DNA of 64,000 nucleotides from a virus. A program made the translations under genes and the position numbers. Under the pieces are notes generated by a model. The model did no database searches. It saw only the letters and a list, made by a program, of their open reading frames with translations, and was not told where the DNA came from. Below are positions 28,001-36,118 of the stretch, piece by piece. Every line of letters starts with the position of its first letter. Position 1 is the first letter of the stretch. The DNA is taken from positions 1 through 64,000 of IMG/VR virus record IMGVR_UViG_3300025838_000001. One strand, 5' to 3'.

Positions 28001-29941
28001 TGTACTACCGCCAACGCCACTACCAAAAAGACCAGTACTTGATGATGTTATTGCACCCGCATATAACGCACCTGTACCTGTGCCTGAAGTAGAGCCAAGA
28101 GTAAATCCTGTACTATTTAATATTGCAGCATTTGTATTGTTGTATAATAAATAGACGGTTTTTGTTGCGCCTGAAAGCTGAATGCCCGCATCAATAGTGC
28201 TGCCCCCGCTTGTAGCATTTGAATACAAATTCGGATTATTGCTAAATACTAAATTACCTGTAATTGGTACAGAAGAAGTTGAACCTGCAAGAGGTACATA
28301 AGTACTTGCCCCTGTTGTTCTTACAAATGTTTTAGTAGCCACCCCGTAATATGCTGCGGTATCTGTTTGTGCAATTATTTTAGTGGTATCTACTGTCCAT
28401 GTTTGTGTTAATGCACCATTATAAGCAGTTCCAGTAAGACCATAACCAGTATTTAAATAATTAGCAGAAGCGGTACTTATTGATATATTAGCAGAGCCAT
28501 CAAAAGCTACACCGTTAATAGTTCTAGGTGTTTGTAATGTAGATGCGGTTGTAGCATTTCCCGTTAATGCCCCCACAAAAGTTGAAGTAGTTAAAGAACC
28601 TGAAGATGGGTTAAATGTTATTTTAGAAGATGAAGTATTTAAACTTTGAAAACCACCCCCACTATTTGTAACCCATAAAGGGTAATAAGTTGCGTTGGTT
28701 GAATTATTATCTGTTATTGCAGTTGTGTTTGAAGAAGAAGAATTACCGCTTAATGTGCCTATAAATAAATTAGCATACACGTTACCGCTTACATCTCTAG
28801 CCATTAATGTTGAACCTACGTTATTAGGAGTTGCATTTGTGGATATTGTTGCTGCCGTACTACCGTTATATGATGTACTACTGTACTGTAAATAAGTATC
28901 GAATGTTAATGTAGCCAAGTTGCTACCCAATGATATACCGCTTATTGTTGAGTTGGCTAAATCACTATTGGTTATTTTGGTTGTAGTTCGCCTATAAGGT
29001 GATAGCATTGTACTTGTATCGTAATACTTTACCCCTGCTTGTTTTTGTAAATAAGGTGATAGCATAAAGGCAGTATCGCTATACTTTATTCTTGTTGATA
29101 GCATACTAGCCGTATCTGAATATTTAACTATATTACCTGCATATACATTTGTAGCGGTCATATTACCACTTACTACTACTGATGACGGGGTAATATTTCC
29201 TAATGTTATTGTTAAATTTGGCGTTGTAGTTGGATTTGATACAGTACCCGAAACACCGTTAGCAGTAGTCATTGAAAAGGAAGAAACCCCTGATACTGCC
29301 GCTTGAATATTTTTTTGTAAACTATCTCTTACTGAAACTAAATCGCCCCCAGTTACAAGCTGTCCGACTGCCCGACCCGTATCAGCAACTAATGTTAAGT
29401 TACCTGTTAATGCACCTGCACCCCTTAAAGGATAGTTCGTATTAACATACAGTGATTTTCTAACGTAATAGGAATATGCTGTAGCGGTATCGGATATTTT
29501 TAAACGATTAGATAAAGCGTAGGCGGTATCCGATATTTTTAAACGATTAGATAACATGCCAGATGTATCATAATACTTTACCCCTGCCTGAAACTGTAGG
29601 TAAGGAGAAAGCATGGCTGCCGTATCTGAAATTTTTAAATAAGGATTACCCTGAGATGTTATTAAATTCCATTTATTGGGAGTTAGAGTACGATAGTATA
29701 GCAACCCACCAGATACTTGTATAATAGCACCTGAATAATACGCCAGGTAACTAAAATTAGCAGTTGTTGTATCTGGGAATACTCTCCGACTTACAATTAA
29801 CCCGGTATCTGCTATAAGTCCCCCTTTGGCATTATTTAAAGTAGTAGGAGCCCCCATAGGGCTGGTGTTGGGAAACTGAGAGTACCCCGCTATTGATCCT
29901 AAGACCAATAATAGGGCTATAAATATTTTTTTCATATTCAT
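25091..29941 (-). CDS. Tail fibre/spike-like protein with C-terminal S74 intramolecular chaperone domain
   Basis: 1616 aa, S/T/G/N-rich fibre-like body. C-terminus SSDIRLKNI...WYIAQEVEKVYPFLV...VNYTEL...coiled coil matches the Peptidase_S74 chaperone (about 25094-25385). The N-terminus looks like a signal peptide. Confidence 0.8.
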   Translation of the reverse strand: MNMKKIFIALLLVLGSIAGYSQFPNTSPMGAPTTLNNAKGGLIADTGLIVSRRVFPDTTTANFSYLAYYSGAIIQVSGGLLYYRTLTPNKWNLITSQGNPYLKISDTAAMLSPYLQFQAGVKYYDTSGMLSNRLKISDTAYALSNRLKISDTATAYSYYVRKSLYVNTNYPLRGAGALTGNLTLVADTGRAVGQLVTGGDLVSVRDSLQKNIQAAVSGVSSFSMTTANGVSGTVSNPTTTPNLTITLGNITPSSVVVSGNMTATNVYAGNIVKYSDTASMLSTRIKYSDTAFMLSPYLQKQAGVKYYDTSTMLSPYRRTTTKITNSDLANSTISGISLGSNLATLTFDTYLQYSSTSYNGSTAATISTNATPNNVGSTLMARDVSGNVYANLFIGTLSGNSSSSNTTAITDNNSTNATYYPLWVTNSGGGFQSLNTSSSKITFNPSSGSLTTSTFVGALTGNATTASTLQTPRTINGVAFDGSANISISTASANYLNTGYGLTGTAYNGALTQTWTVDTTKIIAQTDTAAYYGVATKTFVRTTGASTYVPLAGSTSSVPITGNLVFSNNPNLYSNATSGGSTIDAGIQLSGATKTVYLLYNNTNAAILNSTGFTLGSTSGTGTGALYAGAITSSSTGLFGSGVGGSTSIALTVNAGSSAIPSLNFTTGASLQGEISAYGGIMYIGTNGNTTALTINSSQVITAAAAFHIPSNSSGNLAAFYFDYAPNTSSRSWRMMNDLVSYGDWHLQISTTQTGSTYSDVFVFNSSLNATMPQGSLTLGSTVGTGVGSFYAGQITGTLMNALGTASNSVAAGPYFSIANSGNSYQMLHQLNASYGEDIWNYNGSWTKIYTLSATGAVTASSFSGSGSGITGLVNSNLSGSAGITNANLANSSITINSTAVSLGGAITITANNPNSLTINNSGSGAASGSTYNGSSALTISYNTVGAQPLATNLTSLAGLSYASTSFVKMTAAGTFALDVNTYLTTGSASSTYFPISAGSGTPMTGDLYVNGNIFFNSSKYIYTNSDQINSYYNSNASATLNINYNGYNNGSTQFRSLNIYNGKNTLFGIFDGTNSSFTLGSTSGTGTGALYAGAGAFSGLLNTTAGNGISAGGNNFAVAPSATRGVLNVNGSTDQFVTLAGNGYLYASSTIMQLLAQTGVNLSLASGGITALSFNSSQQATFASSVTASSFSGSGSGITGLVNSNLSGSAGITNANLANSSITINSTAVSLGGAITITANNPNSLTINNSGSGAASGSTYNGSSALTISYNTVGAQPLATNLTSLAGLSYASTSFVKMTAAGTFALDVNTYLTTGSASSTYFPISAGSGTPMTGDLYVNGNIFFNSSKYIYTNSDQINSYYNSNASATLNINYNGYNNGSTQFRSLNIYNGKNTLFGIFDGTNSSFTLGSTSGTGTGALYAGAGAFSGLLNTTAGNGISAGGNNFAVAPSATRGVLNVNGSTDQFVTLAGNGYLYASSTIMQLLAQTGVNLSLVSGGITALSFNSSQQATFASSVTASSFYNSSDIRLKNITNRYKTDNGFDFVVGSWKSDSTKQKHFWYIAQEVEKVYPFLVNTDGNGMKSVNYTELHTKEIYDLQKEVIELKKELIKLKSKLK
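25379..27372. repeat. Tandem duplication, 2 x 987 bp plus about 20 bp of a third unit, inside the fibre gene
   Basis: Register 25381/26368/27355. The 329-aa units differ by one residue (LSLASGG vs LSLVSGG). The antisense ORFs 26136.. and 27123.. begin identically, offset by 987. Confidence 0.95.
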
Positions 29942-30519
29942 TATTTAGTATACGGTATAACTAAAGTATCCCCCGTCTGGAAAGTATTGCCTCCAAGAAG
30001 GGTAATAGTACCTGTGGTGTAATCAACACTAAACTGATCACTAGGTCCAAGAGATACTATAGGTACATTGTTATATATAATGTAGTTCACATTAGAGGCT
30101 CCTTTCAATATTGGGGTAGTACCATTTAATGGTATCCAAGAGGTCGTTCCCGCAGTAGGTCCACCACCGGTTCCCACCACAGCAGCTATTTGGTAACTTC
30201 CGGTTACTGGGTTTGAAGAGAAAGGGTTTGTAATTACCTGGCCGGTAGCATTAGTGATGATCTGGGACGCTGCCGGGATATATCTTCCACAAAGTCCATA
30301 TAAATAAATAGCTACTTCTCCTAGTGACGCTGCACCAGAAAAAGGTGTTTCAGCCCAGTTTACCACATCGGAAAAGAAATTAAGCAGGAAGTTTAGTTGC
30401 CTATCTGATTTATTCGCTCCTGCATAAAACATGTCGGATGTCTTAACATCATTCGCAGACAGGTATGAACTCACGTTAGCAAGCTGTACCCATAGTTGTA
30501 TCGTGCTGGTGTTTATCAT
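29941..30519 (-). CDS. Virion-module hypothetical protein (192 aa)
   Basis: ORF track; ATGA-type overlap with its neighbours. Confidence 0.6.
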   Translation of the reverse strand: MINTSTIQLWVQLANVSSYLSANDVKTSDMFYAGANKSDRQLNFLLNFFSDVVNWAETPFSGAASLGEVAIYLYGLCGRYIPAASQIITNATGQVITNPFSSNPVTGSYQIAAVVGTGGGPTAGTTSWIPLNGTTPILKGASNVNYIIYNNVPIVSLGPSDQFSVDYTTGTITLLGGNTFQTGDTLVIPYTK

Positions 30520-31025
30520 CCGAAAAACGTTGATTTATTTTGAATCATCAGGTATATGTCATCCAAGAATCCCTGAGCAGAGTACTGATCAGAATAATTC
30601 CCTGCGTTAGTAGCGTTTTTGAGATCCGTCCAGGCTCTTTCTAGGTTCTGGTAATACTCTACCTGGTTCTTGATTGACGGGTTAGCGGTAATATCCTGAG
30701 CTATCCCGTATAAGAATAAATATGAATAATTAGTCAAAACAGCAACCCCGGTAGCTACATAGGTACTACCTGATTGTGGATTGGTAGACACAAGAGTTAG
30801 CACTATTTTTAACGACAAGTCTTTTAGCGTTGTGAAGCTATATGAATTGCCGGCAGAAAATGGGAAAGGCACCGAACCCAACTCATTCCCGTAAATATCC
30901 TGTATGCTCAGTGATCTGCTTGAAAAGGTTCCTTGACCCTCATTCGCATAGCTACTAGAATCTGTCACAGTTACAGGACTGCCTGCAGATGCCTGAGAAA
31001 TCGTGAATTGGGCTGTAAATGACAT
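30516..31025 (-). CDS. Virion-module hypothetical protein (169 aa)
   Basis: ORF track. Confidence 0.6.
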   Translation of the reverse strand: MSFTAQFTISQASAGSPVTVTDSSSYANEGQGTFSSRSLSIQDIYGNELGSVPFPFSAGNSYSFTTLKDLSLKIVLTLVSTNPQSGSTYVATGVAVLTNYSYLFLYGIAQDITANPSIKNQVEYYQNLERAWTDLKNATNAGNYSDQYSAQGFLDDIYLMIQNKSTFFG

Positions 31026-31040
31026 TTTTTAAAAGTTTAC

Positions 31041-31048
31041 CAAAACTA
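31041..31048 (-). promoter_or_regulatory. TAnnTTTG -7 box upstream of 30516-31025
   Basis: Minus strand TAGTTTTG, about 15 nt upstream of the ATG at 31025. Confidence 0.35.
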
Positions 31049-31069
31049 ATCATTTTCCTCAAACCCCCC

Positions 31070-34000
31070 TTATTTGTCAGCCGGTACGTCATGGTGTGTT
31101 ATTTCCTTGTACGCCTGCCTAATCTTAGGGTCTTCAAAAAACTCTGGTTTTGTGTGTGCTAAATTGATAAATGAATTTATTTTATTGATATACTCCTTGT
31201 ATTCTTTTTTATCGGTATCCTTCATCTGAGACCAAACCTCTAATTGCTGCTGGGAACCCAGATCCCTGAATAACCGGTGATACGGGTTCAGTTTGGCATC
31301 CCTGATATATTGCTGTGACCCACGATAGGTTAACCTGGCCTTCTGTTTTAGATCCTTGGGTATCTCGTTCCAGGATTTGCCTTCATATAATTCGTTCCGG
31401 ATATCTCTTCTGGCCACTATACGTTCAGCATCCTGTTTTGTCTTAACCTCATCCTGAAAAGACTTAGCCGAAGCGGCTGCAATAGCGTTCTGCAAGTCTG
31501 TACGCTGAAACTCCTTAGTAGCTGGCATAATACCAAACATCTGTTCTATTTGCTGCCTTAATGTGCTCTTTTCGGAAGACTGTTGTTTAAATGAAAACGG
31601 TTCAAATGACTCAGCCTCATACTTCAATATGTCAATACCCTTCTGAAGTATATTGTCATTTTTGTTATATATCTCAGTACCGTAAAAATCTTTGTCGTTA
31701 AATATATTAGCTACCTCGTTGAATGTAGGACTCAGCTTATTCACCAAAGTCTGTACTGGGTGATTTTTATATGAGAAAAAATCTTTCATATAGGAAGGAA
31801 GCGACACCCTGTGATCAGTACCGTCTGCGTTCTTAGAACCGTCTTTAGGGAAGAAATAATCTTTCCAATCTGTAGGACCTTTACCAGTCATTGCATATTG
31901 GTACATGGCCCCAAAAGCACCTACGGTTACAGGTAAAGCCAATAACCAGGCAGTGTTAGGAGATAACCCTTGTCCCTTTGCTAAACGCTTAGCACTTTCA
32001 GGAGCCTCGCCTACTCCTTTGCCAAAGGCTCGTATAGTACCTCCGGTCCAACCAAAAGAACGGATAGACATAAAGGCTAAATCTTTCATTGTTTTATCCC
32101 AGAAGATATTATCGTAAACCATTTGCCCAAGCCTATCGTCCATACTATCCCATATTTTTTGTCTCAGTTTGGTTATTTGATCAGGAGTCAAGTCTTTTCT
32201 TAGTGCCAACTCGGTTTCCATTGTTTTTATAAAACCACCAACTTTCAACCTAGGTACATACCATTCCATTAATGGTTTAGCAAGTAACTCTGGAAGAGTC
32301 AAAACTGCGTTTCCTACAATTTTTGGTAATTGGCTAAAATCCTTATCTGCACTCAATTTACCTATAGCCTTTCTCATATTATAGTATGAGTCAAGGGTAT
32401 ATATTTTGCTAAGTCCAGTGCGACCATTTGCATCAATCAAACCCTGCACTTCATAGTTAATTAATCCAGTTCTAAATCTTTTTATAGTTTTATCTCCTTT
32501 TATTAAAGTATCTGCTATGTTGGGCAAAACTGTAAAAGAAGACGCTAATTGTAATAATCCGTCTATCTTGCCAGCAGACAATAAACTAAGAGCATTACCT
32601 ACACCTGTTACAGTGGTGTCTACCGTTGTTGTTGTAAAGTGAAATGCTCCCAATCCAAGCTGAAATAAATTTTTAACATTATTCCATGCTCTTATACCCT
32701 GGTATAGATTTTTTGCGATTGGTCCTTTACCAGAAAACCCCCTACTTAGGTAATTATTTACAACATTTGCTACCGATTCTGGCATATAATATCCACCAGA
32801 ACTCATAGCAGCGTCACCCTCTTCTGATGTAAATAATGTCATCCTTTTAAACAACGGATCTTCTACCAACTTCCAGTTTTCAGGCTGCTCACCGGTCCTA
32901 TAGTATTTAAGAAGTCCTTTAGACTTCATTTCACCAAAAACGTCATGTGCTGCCTGAAACTTCCAAGCATTAGATTCTGCCAATCTAACCATCTCTTCCG
33001 GATTATCTGTAGCCAACTTAAAACCAGCCTCTAATCCTTCTAAAATATCAGCAAAAAATCTTTGTTTTAAAAATGATTTATTACCCTCAAACGGAGATTT
33101 AGCATGAATAGAGGCAAAGTGGTTAGCTACCTTATCTGGTTTTTCCCAAAAGTGAGGAAAATAGTCTTCTGTATAAGGAAGGTTTTTTATTTTACTTAAC
33201 ACATCAAAAACATCATCCATGCGCTTTCTGTACATTTTAGCCAATTCCTTAAACTGAGAGGGAACGTTGCCATATTTTTCTTCATTTTCAATAGAAAGGA
33301 TAAATAAAAGTTTTTGTATTTTAGGCACTTTGTTCCAATCATTCATCAATTTCCTATGTGCAAAGTCGGCTATTTCATTTTGCCTATTTTCTTCTCCTTT
33401 ACGTTTTCTAATTAAAGACATAGTATCCCTAGCTAATTCTTTGCCTTCAAAAGTAGCTGCATGGAAAGCTCGTATACCGGATTTTATTATATCCTTCAAT
33501 TTTTCTACCGCTCCTAATTTTTTAAATTCTTGCCATAGATTTTTGTTCTTTTTTGAAGTCTCTAAAGCAGCCTTCAACCTTTCTCTGGTAATATCAATTT
33601 TTTGATCACTGGTTAATCCTGCCTCAGCCAGTGACGTATGTAGTGCAGAAATAATGTCTTTGTCCTGTAGTGGCTCTTTGTGGTTATCTCTGATATAATC
33701 AACAGCGTCTTTAATAGCATCTGAGATAGCCTTACCCGCTTCAACTCCTTTAGCAATTAACTCTAGCGCTCCATCATAAATAGCCACAGGTATACCCAAA
33801 GCAGCATCGTATAATTTATCTGGATTAGATTTTAAAGAACGTATTTTATCAGCTAACGACTTAGCCTGGTCTTTATCTACCGGCTTAGAAAAATCCATCC
33901 TTTCTTCTTTCGGAAACAATTTTAAGGCTATATCTGATATCTTATCACCAAATACTTTTCTGGCTGTTTCTGCTTCATCTTTATCCCCGTGTAGCTGATC

Positions 34001-34267
34001 AGCGGCCTCTCTCATTGCCTGCTCCGGGTTTTCTTTAAACACATCCTTGTAAAATCCTCCCACTTCATCCGCATGCTTAACCGCTTCAGCTATCAACTTT
34101 GGTCTATCCTCAGCTTTATTCATTTTAGCCTTATCCGTAACCTCATCCTTAAAATTGTGCACTTCCCCTTCCGCTAAGTGCTGTTTAAACGCATCTTCTC
34201 CTTTGAAGGTTTTTACAGTACCATCAGCAAGTGTAAGAAAGAAATCACAGTCTTTATAATTAGGCAT
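31070..34267 (-). CDS. Large helical virion/ejection-type protein (1065 aa)
   Basis: Long ORF, alpha-helical composition. Hydrophobic segment AWLLALPVTVGAFGAMYQYAM. No catalytic motif recognised. Confidence 0.65.
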   Translation of the reverse strand: MPNYKDCDFFLTLADGTVKTFKGEDAFKQHLAEGEVHNFKDEVTDKAKMNKAEDRPKLIAEAVKHADEVGGFYKDVFKENPEQAMREAADQLHGDKDEAETARKVFGDKISDIALKLFPKEERMDFSKPVDKDQAKSLADKIRSLKSNPDKLYDAALGIPVAIYDGALELIAKGVEAGKAISDAIKDAVDYIRDNHKEPLQDKDIISALHTSLAEAGLTSDQKIDITRERLKAALETSKKNKNLWQEFKKLGAVEKLKDIIKSGIRAFHAATFEGKELARDTMSLIRKRKGEENRQNEIADFAHRKLMNDWNKVPKIQKLLFILSIENEEKYGNVPSQFKELAKMYRKRMDDVFDVLSKIKNLPYTEDYFPHFWEKPDKVANHFASIHAKSPFEGNKSFLKQRFFADILEGLEAGFKLATDNPEEMVRLAESNAWKFQAAHDVFGEMKSKGLLKYYRTGEQPENWKLVEDPLFKRMTLFTSEEGDAAMSSGGYYMPESVANVVNNYLSRGFSGKGPIAKNLYQGIRAWNNVKNLFQLGLGAFHFTTTTVDTTVTGVGNALSLLSAGKIDGLLQLASSFTVLPNIADTLIKGDKTIKRFRTGLINYEVQGLIDANGRTGLSKIYTLDSYYNMRKAIGKLSADKDFSQLPKIVGNAVLTLPELLAKPLMEWYVPRLKVGGFIKTMETELALRKDLTPDQITKLRQKIWDSMDDRLGQMVYDNIFWDKTMKDLAFMSIRSFGWTGGTIRAFGKGVGEAPESAKRLAKGQGLSPNTAWLLALPVTVGAFGAMYQYAMTGKGPTDWKDYFFPKDGSKNADGTDHRVSLPSYMKDFFSYKNHPVQTLVNKLSPTFNEVANIFNDKDFYGTEIYNKNDNILQKGIDILKYEAESFEPFSFKQQSSEKSTLRQQIEQMFGIMPATKEFQRTDLQNAIAAASAKSFQDEVKTKQDAERIVARRDIRNELYEGKSWNEIPKDLKQKARLTYRGSQQYIRDAKLNPYHRLFRDLGSQQQLEVWSQMKDTDKKEYKEYINKINSFINLAHTKPEFFEDPKIRQAYKEITHHDVPADK

Positions 34268-35528
34268 CTGGGTATAGTTTTATTCCGAACTCTTTTAATT
34301 TTTCAATTTGTTCAACAGAAGAGTATAGTGGCTTACTATCTACATCAATACAATCACCCTTAACCGTTTCTGCTATTTTTTCAGCCATTTTAATAGCTTC
34401 TTCAAGCGTATCACCCGTGCCTACAATGCTACCTATCTGGCTCATCTCTAATACTGGCACATAGTAGTATGTATCATCGGTGATCATAAGGTTTTTTATC
34501 TTGATATAATCCTTATACTTTTCATCAAAATAAATAGCCTGTGGTGATTGCTCGGCCCAGGCAGAACGTATGATCAACTGTACACCAAACTTATGCTTGT
34601 ATTTTATTTCAGGAACTATTCCATGAGCAATGTCCCAAATATTCTCAGAAAAGCTAGTATACAACTCCATCATTAAATCACCGGGAGGGCTAGCTTTACG
34701 GCAAGTGATATCAATAAAGAAAGCCTTCCCGTCTTTTTGATACCTTACCTCATTAGAATAAAAGCATTTATACCCGGCACCCATAAACACAGGAGCAAAC
34801 TTTTTGTTGATTTTTTTCAAGCAGTCGGGTAACTTATTGTACTCAACAATCCCTCCACAGTACCCACAATCTTTAATTTCTATCCCGGTAAGGGCTACAT
34901 CCGGATACTGGCCATCAATACAAAATCCATCATAACCAATCTCTACTGCCTCCGTGATGGGATCTTCCACAATAAAAATAGCATGTTCAGCATAAGCTCC
35001 TAACTCCTTATCGAGTTCTTTTAAACGACTAAGGGATAGCTTCTCGTCTATATAATGAAACGACTCCATGTTACCACGGAGCATATTAACCTTTATGTAT
35101 TTATCAGACTTGCCTTTCAGGTGTTTGCGTAAGGCTGTCATGCCTTCAATGATCTCATATTTGTTTACATCAAGGCTTAGCTTTTTAAGCAATTCTTTGA
35201 ATTCATCCCGGTAAATCTCTAAATCCTCTCCTGTACGAGCTCCGAAAACAGGCTTCCCGTGTGCCACAGCCCACTCTTGAAAAGTCCCCTGAAACATATC
35301 TGGGCAAACAATTATATCAATCTCATCCCAAACGGACCAGAATTCATCTATCCTTTCAATTTCCTCAACCCCCATACCTATGCAATATTTATTCCAGGTA
35401 GGGTAAGCGGTCTGCCACATGGAGCAGTAGTACACTTTCTTGAAGTCTCTTGCAAGCCTCATAGCTATAGCAACATCATTGCCATAGTCCAATACTAACG
35501 CTGTTTTATCGGCTACTTTTGACTTCAT
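34260..35528 (-). CDS. ATP-grasp-fold ligase-like protein
   Basis: KYIKVNMLRGNMESF (ATP-binding Lys region), IFIVEDPITEAVEIGYDGFCIDG and FFIDITCRKASPPG (analogous to the E/N-x-R Mg-ATP loop). Motif recognition only. Confidence 0.5.
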   Translation of the reverse strand: MKSKVADKTALVLDYGNDVAIAMRLARDFKKVYYCSMWQTAYPTWNKYCIGMGVEEIERIDEFWSVWDEIDIIVCPDMFQGTFQEWAVAHGKPVFGARTGEDLEIYRDEFKELLKKLSLDVNKYEIIEGMTALRKHLKGKSDKYIKVNMLRGNMESFHYIDEKLSLSRLKELDKELGAYAEHAIFIVEDPITEAVEIGYDGFCIDGQYPDVALTGIEIKDCGYCGGIVEYNKLPDCLKKINKKFAPVFMGAGYKCFYSNEVRYQKDGKAFFIDITCRKASPPGDLMMELYTSFSENIWDIAHGIVPEIKYKHKFGVQLIIRSAWAEQSPQAIYFDEKYKDYIKIKNLMITDDTYYYVPVLEMSQIGSIVGTGDTLEEAIKMAEKIAETVKGDCIDVDSKPLYSSVEQIEKLKEFGIKLYPDA

Positions 35529-36118
35529 AATAAAATATTTATCAACCTGGTTAAACCATGGATGGCTTTTCTAATCACTTTCACATCAACGGTACAATCA
35601 TCTACATGCCACCCTGTATCTTTTGAACCCGGTTGTATTGGTATAATAAAAGAAATAACACTGTTACCCTTATCCTTCCACTGCCAGGCTTCGTCTTCGT
35701 CATCTGGGTTGCCATCAAAAACTTTTGTCTTTAGCTTAAACCCCTCCCATTCCAAATGCTCACGGATATCCTTTACCATTTTCTTATCAATACCCCAGAT
35801 GTTTTCTAAAGCAAAATCAACCCCTTTGTATTGATCACCACAAGCAACATCAACTACTATGCAAATATCATCCGGATTAAGTATAGGAAAATCGTTACTC
35901 ATTCCCCACTCTTCCTGTGTGCTGTAAAAAACCTTTATCCTCCCTTCCTTTTCCAGTTCGGACACATTAACCTCAGATATAAGTACACTATTGGTCACCA
36001 AAACCCCTATAAAGTTATCAAGAAGCCCTTTATATACTCCATTTTTATAGGATAGTTTATAGTTAGGCATTACGGTATCCCTGTGAGCCGATAGTAATAT
36101 GGTATGTTTTTTTGTCAT
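35525..36118 (-). CDS. Clan-MH (M20/M28/M42-like) metallopeptidase-like protein, compact
   Basis: Ordered ligand pattern LSAHRDTV / LLDNFIGV / STQEEWG / VVDVACGD / GWHVDD. Overlaps the ATP-grasp gene by 4 nt. Confidence 0.4.
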   Translation of the reverse strand: MTKKHTILLSAHRDTVMPNYKLSYKNGVYKGLLDNFIGVLVTNSVLISEVNVSELEKEGRIKVFYSTQEEWGMSNDFPILNPDDICIVVDVACGDQYKGVDFALENIWGIDKKMVKDIREHLEWEGFKLKTKVFDGNPDDEDEAWQWKDKGNSVISFIIPIQPGSKDTGWHVDDCTVDVKVIRKAIHGLTRLINILL

